This document shows, in pieces, positions 8,659 to 19,376 of a stretch of 64,000 bases of DNA. Under the pieces are notes generated by a model. It did no database searches. It saw only the letters and a program-made list of their open reading frames with translations, and was not told the DNA's origin. Numbering within the stretch: position 1 is the first letter of the stretch; every line of letters starts with the position of its first letter. A program made the position numbers and the translations under genes. Source of the stretch: an uncultured bacterium (GTDB lineage: Bacteria; Cyanobacteriota; Vampirovibrionia; Gastranaerophilales; JAILCC01); assembly GCA_949283935.1 (NCBI GenBank), contig CASDUJ010000004.1, positions 7,872 to 71,871 on the forward strand, written 5' to 3'.

Positions 8659-11385
8659 CTATATTTTTGTGTAATCTTTTATTTTACTTAATAAATAATT
8701 TTCCGAAAAATCTTTTTTTAAAATATAATCATTTACCCCAAGATTGAAGCAATTATTTCTTGTTTCGTAATCTGTTTGGGAAGTTAAAACAATTATTGGT
8801 ATCTTTTTGTCTCTATTTCTTACATTTTTAATAAATTCTATTCCGTTCATTATTGGCATTTCTATGTCCGTAATGATTATGTCTATTTTTTCGTATAAAA
8901 GTTTTTGACAGGCTTCTGAACCATTATTTGCTTGAATTACATTGTATCCTGCTGATTTCAAAATGTTTTTTTCTAGTGCTAGTGTTGTAAATGAATCATC
9001 TACTATTAATATATTTAAAATTTTATTGTTTTTGTCCGGTAATGAAAGTATTGTTTTGTTACGTTTAAATTCTTTTAAAGATAATGATGATTTTATTATG
9101 TCGTTTAGATTTAAAATTAAACAAGATTCTCCACTTGATAGAGAAGATACTCCTGATATGTTTTTAACTCTTGTTAAAGGTGGGTTTAACTTCTTTTGCA
9201 AAATTTCTTCTGTTCTAACAAATTCATCTACTTCAATTGCTAATATTGTGTCTTCTACTTGGACTACTACTATATTATGTTTGTTTTCTGTTATGCAAAT
9301 AGGAACTTGTAAATTTAACAATTCAGTTAGTTTTACTAATCTTACGGAATTTCCATTGTATATTATATGAGGTTTCCCTTCTTTTTGTGAAAGTTCTTTT
9401 TCTGTTATAGATGTAACTGTTTTAACAAAACTAGAAGATATAGCAAAAATCTGATTTTGAACTTTCACTAATAAAGCTTTTAAGGTTGCAAGAGTAATAG
9501 GAATTTTTATAGATATTTTGAAACCTGATCCAGGTTGAGATTGTATTGATACTTTGCCATCAAGTTGGGCAATTTTTGTGTGTACTACATCTAATCCTAC
9601 ACCTCTGCCAGAAATTTCTGTGATATTTTCTCCTGTAGTAAATCCAGGCCAAAATATTAAATTCATAATTTGCATTTCGCTAAGTTGATTTAATTCTTCT
9701 TGTGATAAAAGATTTTGCGATAAAACTTTTTCCCTTATTTCTTGTGTATTTAAACCACGTCCATCATCTATTACTTCTATTGTAATAGCATTTCCTGAAT
9801 GATAAGAATTAAGTAATATTTTACCTGTAGGATTTTTGCCAGCTTTTATTCTTTCTTCCGGTGATTCTATTCCATGGTCAATAGCATTTCTTATAATGTG
9901 TATTAGTGGAGATTTAATTTCTTCAATTATAGTTTTGTCTGCACTTGTTTCACTACCTGTAATTATTATATCAACTTGTTTGTTTTGTGTGCGTGATATG
10001 TCTCTTACCATCCTCGGAAACATGTGAAAAACCGTTGCTAACGGAAGAATTCTAATGCTTTTCACCATGTTTTCAATTTCATCTGTCAAAAAATTTAATC
10101 TAGTGTCATCATTTAAAAGGCTTTTTTGAAATTTGTCCATAATTTTGTATAAATCGTGAGTCTTTTCGTTAATTTTTTCTATGTGACTTTGTAAATTTCT
10201 TAAACCTGCTATTTTATCTAAGTTAGATAGTTGTGATATTGCATTTTTTTTGTCTGAATATTTACTATCATTAAAAGTTTTGTTTAATCTTTTTTGAATT
10301 TCAAGAACTTCTTCCATAACTGTGTCTAAAGTTTTTAAATGTTGTTTGTTTTTGATTTTCAAAACAATTAATTCTTCAACTTGATTTTCTAGTTTGTCTA
10401 ATTTTTGCGTGTCCACTCTAAGTGTCTTAAAAATTCCTGTTTCATAATTAAATGCAGGGTTATCGTTTTTAGTTTTTGTAATGTTTTGTGCGTTAGAAAC
10501 TTGGTATTTGGACTTAGTTTCTGGAACATTTAATAATTTTTCATTTTCTTTGCTTAGCTCAAGTACTTGTTTTAAAATGTTCAATCTTTGAATAATCAAA
10601 GACAAATCTTCATCAGGATTTCTCGCAAAAACAGCTTTTATTGAGTGTTCTATAGCCTGAATAATCTCTGCTGATGGAATAATTTTGTTTTCGTTTATGT
10701 ATTTTAAATTGTTTCCCACCAGCTCAAGTATTTCTGTTTCTTTTTCAGGTAATTTCTTGGATAATGCTTCTTGTATTACTGTTAAAATTTCAGTTATTGC
10801 ATTTTCTTGCTGAAATTTGTTGTCTAAATGTGTTATATAATGAAGAATTATGCTTAATTCAGATTGTTCTCCCCCAAGATTAGGATTTTTAGATTGTAAA
10901 GATATATTGGATGTATCTTTTTCATTAAAGTTTTTGTTTAAATTAGAATTTATGTTATCCTTTTTTTTTTCTTCTCCAGATAAAAGTTTTTCTTTTAGAG
11001 AATCTATTGTTTTGGCAAGTTTATCCGAATTTTCATCAAAATAACTTAAATTGTTATATTCTAATTTGTCAAGAATTTTTGTTATTGTGTCTACACTTTG
11101 ACATAAAATATCTACAATGTCAGGAGATATTATTATTGTTCCATCTTTTGCTAAACCAAGTAAATCTTCGATTTTATGGGCTAAAGTTTGTATCGAAGTT
11201 ATATCAAGCATTCTTGCAGAACCTTTGATACTATGAGCTTCCCTGAATAATTCAGAAATAATTGTATTATCATCAGGACGTTTTTCCAATTCAAGCAGAC
11301 ACTTGTTTATGTTTCCAAGATGTTCTTCACTTTCGTCTTTGAAAATTTTGAATATTTGTTTTAATTCGTCTTCAGAAAAGTCCAT
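8659..11385 (-). CDS. cheA: Hybrid chemotaxis histidine kinase CheA with a fused C-terminal receiver (WspE/FrzE-like)
   Basis: HPt motif FREAHSIKGSARML; HATPase boxes IRNAIDHGIE, DDGRGL, GRGVGLDVV; a CheW-like domain; C-terminal REC (ILIVDDS ... TDIEMPIMNG). Confidence 0.85.
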   Translation of the reverse strand: MDFSEDELKQIFKIFKDESEEHLGNINKCLLELEKRPDDNTIISELFREAHSIKGSARMLDITSIQTLAHKIEDLLGLAKDGTIIISPDIVDILCQSVDTITKILDKLEYNNLSYFDENSDKLAKTIDSLKEKLLSGEEKKKDNINSNLNKNFNEKDTSNISLQSKNPNLGGEQSELSIILHYITHLDNKFQQENAITEILTVIQEALSKKLPEKETEILELVGNNLKYINENKIIPSAEIIQAIEHSIKAVFARNPDEDLSLIIQRLNILKQVLELSKENEKLLNVPETKSKYQVSNAQNITKTKNDNPAFNYETGIFKTLRVDTQKLDKLENQVEELIVLKIKNKQHLKTLDTVMEEVLEIQKRLNKTFNDSKYSDKKNAISQLSNLDKIAGLRNLQSHIEKINEKTHDLYKIMDKFQKSLLNDDTRLNFLTDEIENMVKSIRILPLATVFHMFPRMVRDISRTQNKQVDIIITGSETSADKTIIEEIKSPLIHIIRNAIDHGIESPEERIKAGKNPTGKILLNSYHSGNAITIEVIDDGRGLNTQEIREKVLSQNLLSQEELNQLSEMQIMNLIFWPGFTTGENITEISGRGVGLDVVHTKIAQLDGKVSIQSQPGSGFKISIKIPITLATLKALLVKVQNQIFAISSSFVKTVTSITEKELSQKEGKPHIIYNGNSVRLVKLTELLNLQVPICITENKHNIVVVQVEDTILAIEVDEFVRTEEILQKKLNPPLTRVKNISGVSSLSSGESCLILNLNDIIKSSLSLKEFKRNKTILSLPDKNNKILNILIVDDSFTTLALEKNILKSAGYNVIQANNGSEACQKLLYEKIDIIITDIEMPIMNGIEFIKNVRNRDKKIPIIVLTSQTDYETRNNCFNLGVNDYILKKDFSENYLLSKIKDYTKI

Positions 11386-11395
11386 CTTTTACCCT

Positions 11396-12427
11396 TTAAT
11401 TGTCAATTACTTCCGATTTGGTTTCATTTGTTGTATTAAGAACTTCTTGCACAATTTTTATTTTGTCTTGCAAGGCAATATTGGTGTCTTTCATCTCTTT
11501 GCTTATGGTTTGAGTTGTTTGGGATACATATTCAGCGTTATCAAATTGGGTATTTAATGCACTTAAAATTTTGTATACTTCCTCAACAGTTTGATCTATA
11601 TTGCCTTTTAGCTCATTAATATTTTCACTTATTTTGATTGTAATGTTCACTCCTGTTTCAATTTCTTTGGAACCTTCTTCTGCTGCCATTACTGTAGAAT
11701 TAGTTGCGTTTTGAATTTCTCTTACTAAATCAATAATTTTGGTTGTAGCTTGTTTGCTTTCGTCTGCTAATTTACGAATTTCACTTGCAACTACTGCAAA
11801 GCCTTTACCATGTTCGCCAGCTCTTGCTGCTTCAACTGCTGCGTTTAAAGCTAACATGTTTGTTTGTTCTGCTATATCTTCTACTATTCCTATGTTGTTA
11901 GAAATGTGTTGAGCTTGTTCTGAAAGTTCTAAGATAAGTTCCGCAATAATTTGAATCTTTTGTTTTATGGTGTACATCTTTTCTATACCTTCTTTTATGA
12001 AGCTTTCTTCTTTTGAAGATACCATTAATGTTTTTTGAGATTTTTCCACTACAGATTGAGCAATATCTTTGGTAGTATATGCTTCAATTTTAAGTCTATC
12101 TACGTAGTTGGCTATTTCGTCCATTATTGCTTTGTTTTTTTCTGTAAAACTTGACTGAGATGAAATGGCTTCCAAAATGTTTGAAGATACAACTGTATTG
12201 TTTGCCAAAACATTAGAAACATATTGATTCATAAGTTTATCAAACATGCTTGATAATTTTTGTAGCAAAATAATTCCTATTATTGCTACTCCGCCTAAAA
12301 TTGATGTGTATGTTATGCCAAGATTTTTAAATGTAAATGCACTTAATATTGCAAGTAAAAATAGCGTTAACTTTAAAAAAGCTATTGTTAAGTTTATTTT
12401 TCTTTTTAAATTAAACTTTAAAAACAT
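11396..12427 (-). CDS. Short methyl-accepting chemotaxis protein: membrane hairpin, no periplasmic sensor domain or HAMP
   Basis: Two closely spaced TM helices at the N-terminus, then the highly conserved MCP signalling hairpin [38 protein letters not shown]. Lies 10 nt upstream of cheA. Confidence 0.85.
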   Translation of the reverse strand: MFLKFNLKRKINLTIAFLKLTLFLLAILSAFTFKNLGITYTSILGGVAIIGIILLQKLSSMFDKLMNQYVSNVLANNTVVSSNILEAISSQSSFTEKNKAIMDEIANYVDRLKIEAYTTKDIAQSVVEKSQKTLMVSSKEESFIKEGIEKMYTIKQKIQIIAELILELSEQAQHISNNIGIVEDIAEQTNMLALNAAVEAARAGEHGKGFAVVASEIRKLADESKQATTKIIDLVREIQNATNSTVMAAEEGSKEIETGVNITIKISENINELKGNIDQTVEEVYKILSALNTQFDNAEYVSQTTQTISKEMKDTNIALQDKIKIVQEVLNTTNETKSEVIDN

Positions 12428-12453
12428 ATATTCCCCTCTATTTCTTATGAATT

Positions 12454-12482
12454 TTGAAATTAAACTAATTCTATCTTATAAT
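12454..12482 (+). promoter_or_regulatory. Sigma-70-type promoter for the REC-GGDEF operon
   Basis: TTGAAA (12454-12459), 17-nt spacer, TATAAT (12477-12482), about 34 nt upstream of the ATG at 12516. Confidence 0.5.
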
Positions 12483-12515
12483 AAAAAAGTTATCAGGACA
12501 ATTTTTTAACATGAC

Positions 12516-13994
12516 ATGACAAAAAAAATTCTTATAGTTGATGATAGTAAAACTCAAAGACTTACCCTAAAACTAAAATTGGAACGTCACGGATATGAAG
12601 TAATTGATGCTGAAAATGGCATGGAAGCCATAAAATTAGTTTATGAACAAGCTCCATCTTTAGTTCTTTCCGATGTTATTATGCCAAGCATAAACGGTTA
12701 TCATTTGTGCCGTTTGATAAAAAGAGATAAATTAACAAAACACATTCCTGTTATATTATTAACTGTTCTTGATAAAAAAATAGATAGGTTTTGGGGATTA
12801 AGAGCAGGTGCTGATGAATTTTTTTGCAAAGATGGTTCTGATGATGAACTAATAAAAAAAGTTGAAGCATTATTGAACAAAAAAGAATCTTTTACAAATG
12901 AGATGTTAATCTCTATAAACGATACAAACCAATATGATTTTACCTCAAAAGTAGCAGAAATATTAGATGAATCTTTGGTAAAATCTACATTGACTAATGA
13001 ATTTCGTGATTTGGCAGAATTTGTATTAGATGAGAAAACTTTTAATCACAAATTATTTAATTTATTGTCTTCTATATTGGACTATAATCTTTTGGGAGTT
13101 TTTTATAATGAAAGCGACAAAAAAGACAAAATTTTGTATTTTGCACAAAACGAATGTGATATTGAACCAAACGTTTTGAAATCTGCAAAAGATAAAATCT
13201 TGGCAAATATTGTTGCAAGAAATATTGATAATTATTCAAGATTGAAACTTGACTACAAAATGTTTGAAAGCCATTCTATTGAAGAAAACTACAAACATTC
13301 TATCTCTAGTATTGAAGAATTTAGTTCTGAAGTTATTGTCCCAATTGAAAATGAAGGAAAATTGATTGGTGCTTTGGCTCTTTTCCACAAATCTCCAAGC
13401 AAATATGTAAATACTCAAATTCTTGATACAATTGTAACTGAACTAAAAATGGTATTAAAAATTAAATGGTTGTACTCTGAAACAAAACTTCTTGCCATTA
13501 TTGATCCATTAACAGAACTGTACAATAGAAGATATTTTCAACAAGTATTGGAAAAAGAATTTTTACGTTCAAATCGTTATACTTCTCCTTTAAGTATTGC
13601 AATGATTGATATTGATAATTTTAAAAAATTAAATGATAACTACGGACATCAATTTGGTGATGAAGTTTTGCAAGTTGTTTCTCGTTTATTTCAAGAATCT
13701 TTAAGAAAAACAGATTATGTAGCAAGATATGGTGGAGAGGAATTAATCGCTGTTTTACCAGAAACATCTATTGAGCAAGCTATTATTCCTATTGAAAGGT
13801 TACGTTGTAAAATTGCTGATCACATGTTTATGTATGATTTTAGAAGAGTAAATGTTACTGTAAGTATAGGTATAGCTCAAAATAGTTTTGATATGCTTTC
13901 AACTGATAGTTTTGTGAAACAAGCTGATAATGCTTTGTATGAAGCTAAGCAAAAAGGAAAAAATCGAATTGAACTAGCAATTAACAGGATATAA
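12516..13994 (+). CDS. Response-regulator diguanylate cyclase (REC - GAF-like - GGDEF), WspR-like
   Basis: N-terminal REC (ILIVDDS ... SDVIMPSINGY ... K); a middle GAF-like segment (VPIENEGKLIGALALFH); GGDEF domain with active site RYGGEEL and an I-site RKTD five residues upstream. Confidence 0.85.
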   Translation: MTKKILIVDDSKTQRLTLKLKLERHGYEVIDAENGMEAIKLVYEQAPSLVLSDVIMPSINGYHLCRLIKRDKLTKHIPVILLTVLDKKIDRFWGLRAGADEFFCKDGSDDELIKKVEALLNKKESFTNEMLISINDTNQYDFTSKVAEILDESLVKSTLTNEFRDLAEFVLDEKTFNHKLFNLLSSILDYNLLGVFYNESDKKDKILYFAQNECDIEPNVLKSAKDKILANIVARNIDNYSRLKLDYKMFESHSIEENYKHSISSIEEFSSEVIVPIENEGKLIGALALFHKSPSKYVNTQILDTIVTELKMVLKIKWLYSETKLLAIIDPLTELYNRRYFQQVLEKEFLRSNRYTSPLSIAMIDIDNFKKLNDNYGHQFGDEVLQVVSRLFQESLRKTDYVARYGGEELIAVLPETSIEQAIIPIERLRCKIADHMFMYDFRRVNVTVSIGIAQNSFDMLSTDSFVKQADNALYEAKQKGKNRIELAINRI

Positions 13995-13996
13995 TT

Positions 13997-15019
13997 ATGT
14001 TTGCTTTATTTGACAATCAATCTAATGAAAATTTACTCCAAAAGTATATTCTGGTTGAAATTTCCGAAGCATCTTATGCTTTTAAAATCGAATATGTTAG
14101 AGAAATTATTCCTGTTATTGAAATCTATACAGTTGAAACTTTACAAAATAACATAACTGGATTAGTGAATTTACGAGGAGAAACTTTACCAGTTTATGAT
14201 TTAAGAGGATTTTTAGGTAAAGAAATTTCTCCATTAAACATACATAAAAAACTTTTGATTCTTATGGCAAACAATAAAAAATTTGCAATTATAATAGATG
14301 AAGTTGGAGATATTTTACAGATATCTGCTGAGAGTGTTTCTCAACTTTCATACAATGGGTCTGTCAATTTTCTAAGTACAGCAGTAATTAACAATTCCAC
14401 GGTTATTATTATAGATGTTGAAAAATTCATTGATTATGCTTTGGAAATTCACAACATTAATAAAATAAGTGCGCAAAATCTTATTCCTGTTGACTCTGCA
14501 TCTATTGAGAAAATTAAAACTAGAACTGTTAGATTAAATAAAAATGACAATTATACTTTGACACCAGATACTTTTTTAAACGAAAAATTTATTATTTTTA
14601 AACTTTCTGGAGAAATTTACGCTTTTAATATAAGTTACATAAAAGAAATCAAAAAAATTCATATGTCTGCTATTAGTAAAATTCCTTGTGTCCCTGATTT
14701 TATTGTTGGAATTATTAATTTCCGTGGTGATTACATAAGTATTCTTGACATAAAAACTTTTTTAAACATAAAAGTTACACCACTAAAAAATAAATTGGAT
14801 ATTGTTATTTTAAAAATTAACAAATTAAAAGTAGCAATTTTAGTAGATGAAATTCTAGATATAACAAATTTACCTATAGCTACACTTAATTCAGAAACAA
14901 GTTCTTCTGAATCTTATATAATTGGTGAACTTTTATACAAAGAAAATAATTTATTAAATATGTTGAATATCGAAAAATTATTTTCTTCTGAAAATGTAAA
15001 TATTGAAAATTACGAATGA
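13997..15019 (+). CDS. cheW: Tandem double CheW-domain coupling protein
   Basis: Two repeats of the CheW pattern (YAF.I.Y..EI ... G..N.RGE..PV.DLR / NFRGDYISILDIK). Starts 3 nt after the GGDEF gene. Confidence 0.8.
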   Translation: MFALFDNQSNENLLQKYILVEISEASYAFKIEYVREIIPVIEIYTVETLQNNITGLVNLRGETLPVYDLRGFLGKEISPLNIHKKLLILMANNKKFAIIIDEVGDILQISAESVSQLSYNGSVNFLSTAVINNSTVIIIDVEKFIDYALEIHNINKISAQNLIPVDSASIEKIKTRTVRLNKNDNYTLTPDTFLNEKFIIFKLSGEIYAFNISYIKEIKKIHMSAISKIPCVPDFIVGIINFRGDYISILDIKTFLNIKVTPLKNKLDIVILKINKLKVAILVDEILDITNLPIATLNSETSSSESYIIGELLYKENNLLNMLNIEKLFSSENVNIENYE

Positions 15020-15029
15020 GGTATAAAAA

Positions 15030-15830
15030 ATGAAAATAGGTTTTATTGGAGCAGGAAATTTAGGAGGAAGTGTTTTAAAAGGACTTTTTAATGTAAATTA
15101 TTTGTCTTCTAAAGATACTTTTGTTTCAGAACCCAATGCTAATTTGGCTAAATTATTAAAAGACAAATATCTACTTAATATTGCCAATAACAATGTCGAT
15201 TTAGTTCAGAATACTGATGTTATATTTATTGCTGTAAAGCCTTATTTTATGAATGATGTACTTAACGAAATAAAAAATAATTTAAAAACTAATCACATTA
15301 TTATTTCTCTTGCTGCTGGATATACTTTGGAAATGATGGAAAATATTTGTCCTGAAAATAAATTTGTACGTGTACTCACAAATACTCCTGCTGCTCTTAA
15401 TGCAGCAACAACTACGGTTTGCAAAGGTAAAAATTCCTCTGAAGAAGACTTAAAACTTGTTGTAAATATTTTTTCTTTGATTGGTTCTATAAGCGTAATT
15501 GATGAAAAATTTATGGATTTGTCTACCGCTTTAGCAGGAAGTGGACCTGCTTTCTTTTATGCAGTTGCAAAAGCATTTGCATCTGGTTGCGAGAAGATTG
15601 GGTTAAAAAAAGAAGAATCCATTTTGATGTCTGCGCAAACTATGTTAGGTGCCGCAAAAATGCTTCTTGATAGCGGGAAAGATCCAGAAACCTTGATAAG
15701 AGAAGTAACTACTCCTAATGGTTGTACTTATGAAGGTCTAAAATATATGAAAGAAAATTTTGTAGAAGATATATTGTCTCAAACTATGATTGTTACTACA
15801 CAAAAAGCTGCTACTTTAGCTCAAAAATAA
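15030..15830 (+). CDS. proC: Pyrroline-5-carboxylate reductase
   Basis: N-terminal Rossmann IGFIGAGNLG; C-terminal SGPAF ... TPNGCT motif typical of ProC. Confidence 0.85.
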   Translation: MKIGFIGAGNLGGSVLKGLFNVNYLSSKDTFVSEPNANLAKLLKDKYLLNIANNNVDLVQNTDVIFIAVKPYFMNDVLNEIKNNLKTNHIIISLAAGYTLEMMENICPENKFVRVLTNTPAALNAATTTVCKGKNSSEEDLKLVVNIFSLIGSISVIDEKFMDLSTALAGSGPAFFYAVAKAFASGCEKIGLKKEESILMSAQTMLGAAKMLLDSGKDPETLIREVTTPNGCTYEGLKYMKENFVEDILSQTMIVTTQKAATLAQK

Positions 15831-15906
15831 TTGATACAGAGTTTGCATATCTTTTCAAAGTAAGATAGAATTACAATAATTGTTAAGACAAAATTTAGAG
15901 GCAAGT

Positions 15907-17568
15907 ATGAGAAGTGATGAAGTTAAAAATGGTTTAGATAGAGCAGGCCACAGGTCTCTTTTGATGGCTACAGGTGTAACTCAAAAACAATTTAAAGCTC
16001 CTTTTATTGGGATTGCAAGTAGCTTTTCCGATCTTGTTCCTGGTCATACAGGAATGAGAGATTTGGAAAGACAAATAGAAAAAGGTATTCACACAGGTGG
16101 AGGACAAGCTTTTGTCTTTGGTGTTCCGGCAGTTTGTGATGGAATTGCCATGGGACACTGTGGTATGAGTTATTCTCTTCCTTCAAGAGATTTAATTGCT
16201 GATTGTGTTGAAACTGTTGCAAATGCTCATCAACTTGATGGCTTAGTGCTGCTTTCTAATTGCGATAAAATTACCCCCGGCATGATTATGGCTGCTTTAA
16301 GGTTAAATATACCTTGTGTTCTAGTAACTGCTGGCCCTATGCAAGATGGATTTTGCCAAAATAATAGATTAACTATGATAAAAGGCACCTTTGAGGCTAC
16401 AGGTAAATATAAGGCTGGAAATATTACCTTGGAACAACTGCAAAATATGGAAATAGAAGCTTGCCCTGGAGCTGGAGCTTGTCAAGGGCTTTATACAGCT
16501 AATACTATGGCTTGCTTAAGCGAAGTTATGGGGTTAAGTTTAACTGATTGCGCAACTTCTGCTGCTGTGAGTGCAAAAAAGCGTAGAATTGCTTTTGAAA
16601 GTGGAGTTTTAATTAATGAACTAATAAAAAATAATGTGAAACCTTTGGATATTATTACAAAAGATAGTATGCGTAACGCTATTATTACTGATTTAGCTTT
16701 GGGGGGCTCTACCAATTCTATTTTGCATCTATTGGCAATTGCGAATGAAGCAGCTATTGATATTACATTAGATGATTTTGCCGAATTGAGTCATAAAGTT
16801 CCTCAGATTATTAAACTTGATCCTTCAAGTGATATGACTATGAGTGATTTTGATAAAGCCGGTGGGGTAAAAGGAGCATTAAAACAGCTTTTTGGGCAAA
16901 TTGATGAACTTACTGATACAATAAATGTAAATGGCGAAAAAATATCAGAAAGAATTAGAAATATTTGGGTAGATGAAAATGTTATTAGACCTTTGAATAA
17001 TCCTGTTACATCTAATCCTGGGCTTGCTGTTTTGTACGGAAATATTGCTCCTAATGGTGCTGTAGTAAAAATTTCTGGCGTAGAAAAAGAAGCTCTAATT
17101 TTCGAAGGGGTTGCAAAAACTTATGATAGTGAAGAAGAATGTATGGCTGCAATAAATAATAACGAAGTTAAGTCGGGAGATGTTTTAGTAATTAGATATG
17201 AAGGACCTAAAGGTGGTCCAGGCATGAGAGAAATGTTATCTCCTACTTCGGCTATTGTTGGTAGAGGTTTAGGTAAGCAAGTGGCTTTGATTACTGATGG
17301 AAGATTTTCCGGTGGAACCCGTGGGCTTTGTATTGGGCATATATCTCCAGAAGCAGCTATGGGAGGAGTTATTAGATTAATTCATAATGGTGATAAGATA
17401 GCTATTAATATACCTGAACGTAAAATAAATCTTTTAGTTTCTGAAGAGGAAATTAAGCTTAGAGCAACTTCTTTTGTAGAAAAAAGCCCTAAAATTAAAA
17501 AAGGTTATCTTTCTAAATATGCTAATTCAGTAGTAGGAGCTGATAAAGGGGCATCAACTTCCAAATAA
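15907..17568 (+). CDS. ilvD: Dihydroxy-acid dehydratase
   Basis: [17 protein letters not shown] start, [16 protein letters not shown] and GRFSGGT motifs. The ATG at 15907 has an AGAGG RBS; the track start at 15880 is probably an upstream extension. Confidence 0.9.
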   Translation: MRSDEVKNGLDRAGHRSLLMATGVTQKQFKAPFIGIASSFSDLVPGHTGMRDLERQIEKGIHTGGGQAFVFGVPAVCDGIAMGHCGMSYSLPSRDLIADCVETVANAHQLDGLVLLSNCDKITPGMIMAALRLNIPCVLVTAGPMQDGFCQNNRLTMIKGTFEATGKYKAGNITLEQLQNMEIEACPGAGACQGLYTANTMACLSEVMGLSLTDCATSAAVSAKKRRIAFESGVLINELIKNNVKPLDIITKDSMRNAIITDLALGGSTNSILHLLAIANEAAIDITLDDFAELSHKVPQIIKLDPSSDMTMSDFDKAGGVKGALKQLFGQIDELTDTINVNGEKISERIRNIWVDENVIRPLNNPVTSNPGLAVLYGNIAPNGAVVKISGVEKEALIFEGVAKTYDSEEECMAAINNNEVKSGDVLVIRYEGPKGGPGMREMLSPTSAIVGRGLGKQVALITDGRFSGGTRGLCIGHISPEAAMGGVIRLIHNGDKIAINIPERKINLLVSEEEIKLRATSFVEKSPKIKKGYLSKYANSVVGADKGASTSK

Positions 17569-17570
17569 AT

Positions 17571-17954
17571 TTAATAGTTTTGACTGGGAAAATTATTTGG
17601 TATTGTTGGTAAAATTATTGGCTGAGGGTATTGTGGCTGCATTTGATATTCAGGTATGTCAACTTGTTGCGGAATCATATATTCTTTTGATTGTGTTTGA
17701 TTAGTATATTGAGAGTTGGGATAATATGGAACAAAGTTTTTGTAATAAATTTTTTCATTTTCTTCTTCTTTGTTTGTGTATTTTTCCGCTGTGTCTTTTA
17801 TTCTATTGCTAGTATATTGAACTCTATTAATTGTATTTATGGAATTGTTAATATCTGTTAATATATTCGAAAAAGTTGCAGCGAAAACGAGTTGAGTATT
17901 TGTAAAAAGAAAAATTAACATACTTTGAATAAGAATTACAAAATATTTTTTCAT
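17571..17954 (-). CDS. Small secreted hypothetical protein with a Q/P/Y-rich C-terminus
   Basis: Signal peptide MKKYFVILIQSMLIFLFTNTQLVFA; low-complexity tail PQQVDIPEYQMQPQYPQPIILPTIPNNFPSQNY. Confidence 0.5.
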   Translation of the reverse strand: MKKYFVILIQSMLIFLFTNTQLVFAATFSNILTDINNSINTINRVQYTSNRIKDTAEKYTNKEEENEKIYYKNFVPYYPNSQYTNQTQSKEYMIPQQVDIPEYQMQPQYPQPIILPTIPNNFPSQNY

Positions 17955-18025
17955 GTAGAACTCACTTACAAAATAATTTACAAATTAGATTATCATATTA
18001 AATTATTTTGGTCAAAATTCAGAAA

Positions 18026-18421
18026 TTAGTCAGAAAGACCTTTCATTTCACTTTCGGTATTTTTGCTAAGAACTTTTTCTGCATTTTCAAGTTGTGTGGT
18101 CACTGCATCAATTTTGGTTTGGATGTTTGTTCTTTCCATTTCCATAAATTTATCTTGATTCTCTAAATTTGTTGTAGCAGCTTCATATTCTACTTTAAAT
18201 TCATCCCAGTTAAATTCTTCAATACTGTCATTTTCATCACTTTCAGAATTATTTTCTGCTAAATTTCTTTGTGCTAGTCTTGTAGAATATTCTTGATAAA
18301 GATAAGCGGAATGCAATGAAAGAGTTTGTCTTCTTTGATCTATTATCATTCTTTCAGCTTCCAAAACGCCTTTTTCTTCTGTTAATGTTAAAACTAAGCC
18401 GTGTACTGGTGCTATTGACAT
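18026..18421 (-). CDS. Hypothetical acidic coiled-coil-type protein (131 aa)
   Basis: ORF with an AAGAGGA RBS upstream of the ATG; no recognisable family motif. Confidence 0.45.
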   Translation of the reverse strand: MSIAPVHGLVLTLTEEKGVLEAERMIIDQRRQTLSLHSAYLYQEYSTRLAQRNLAENNSESDENDSIEEFNWDEFKVEYEAATTNLENQDKFMEMERTNIQTKIDAVTTQLENAEKVLSKNTESEMKGLSD

Positions 18422-18434
18422 TGTATCCTCTTTT

Positions 18435-18469
18435 CTTTTATCCTCTGATATATATATAAAGGATAAAAG
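18435..18469. repeat. Perfect 10-bp inverted repeat with a 15-nt AT spacer, between two minus-strand genes
   Basis: CTTTTATCCT (18435-18444) and AGGATAAAAG (18460-18469). It lies just upstream of the RBS of the 131-aa gene and has no U-tract on the transcribed strand. Confidence 0.6.
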
Positions 18470-18519
18470 TATATAAAAATTGCGTATTTAGTATATACTT
18501 TGCTTAATATTTCTTAATA

Positions 18520-19149
18520 TCAATCACCATAATTTTCCTCGTGGTAAAATCCTCCCCCACAAATAATTTCTATTACTTTTAATAAAAATTCGCGGGCGCA
18601 ATCATTTCTATTTATTTTGTATTCAATGTTTCCTACGTGTTTTATTTTCATTATTGCATCAGTACGTTTGTCGGCTGGAATGTACAAAGATGCAATTTCG
18701 CAATTTAATATATCAGGATATTCTATGTCAGTTATTTCTAATGAGGCTTTTTGAAAATCTCCGTTAAATGCAATAATTCTTCCGCAAAATAATGGGGCAT
18801 TGTCGCTCCTGTACAAAGCTTGAGGTTTTATATTTTCTCTCATAGCAAAGCTTATGCTATGCCACAAAATACTTAATATTGCTACAGATTTGTCTGCGTC
18901 AGATGAGTATGAAATTTGATTTGGATTTATTCCTTTTTCTTCAAAACTATCTTTTAATATATTAACTATCTCCCCCATGGCTTTTAGCATATTTGAGAAT
19001 ACAATATTTGTGTTCTTTGTAGATTCATTGTATTCTTTAATTTGCTTTGTCATATGAGAAGAAATAAGACTTAGTCTTTCTTTTATTATCGTAGATTTTG
19101 CAGAGGGTGTTACTAAATTATCTTTTGAATAAAAAAAGTCGTTGTTCAT
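18520..19149 (-). CDS. Hypothetical protein (209 aa)
   Basis: Long ORF with codon usage like its neighbours; no motif recognised. Confidence 0.45.
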   Translation of the reverse strand: MNNDFFYSKDNLVTPSAKSTIIKERLSLISSHMTKQIKEYNESTKNTNIVFSNMLKAMGEIVNILKDSFEEKGINPNQISYSSDADKSVAILSILWHSISFAMRENIKPQALYRSDNAPLFCGRIIAFNGDFQKASLEITDIEYPDILNCEIASLYIPADKRTDAIMKIKHVGNIEYKINRNDCAREFLLKVIEIICGGGFYHEENYGD

Positions 19150-19232
19150 ATAAAATTCCTAAAACTACTTAATTATTTTAACAATTATTTCTTTTTAAGT
19201 CATTTGCTTAATAAATTTTCTTGGGAAATTTT

Positions 19233-19264
19233 TTGACAATAATGCCAAAATTTAATGTTATAAT
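19233..19264 (+). promoter_or_regulatory. Extended -10 promoter for tRNA-Arg
   Basis: TGtTATAAT at 19256-19264, with TTGACA at 19233-19238 (20-nt spacing). The -10 ends 20 nt before the mature tRNA 5' end. Confidence 0.45.
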
Positions 19265-19283
19265 AATTTAGTAGATTTACTTT

Positions 19284-19359
19284 GTGCCTGTAGCTCAGTT
19301 GGATAGAGCACCGGTTTCCGAAACCGGGTTTGTCAGCGGTTCGAATCCGCTCAGGCACG
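19284..19359 (+). tRNA. tRNA-Arg (anticodon CCG)
   Basis: Hand-folded cloverleaf: acceptor GTGCCTG/CAGGCAC, D stem GCTC/GAGC, anticodon stem CCGGT/ACCGG with loop TTCCGAA (CCG at 19318-19320), T arm AGCGG-TTCGAAT-CCGCT. No encoded CCA. The variable region appears to be 7 nt. Confidence 0.85.
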
Positions 19360-19376
19360 TGATTGTGTGAGGTCTA

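Noticed and set aside
8942-11557. Several plus-strand ORFs (142, 63, 64, 73 and 84 aa) inside the cheA and MCP region
   Set aside because: All are antisense to well-supported long CDSs with clear domain motifs. Their translations are Phe/Leu/Ser/Ile-rich, as is typical of antisense frames.
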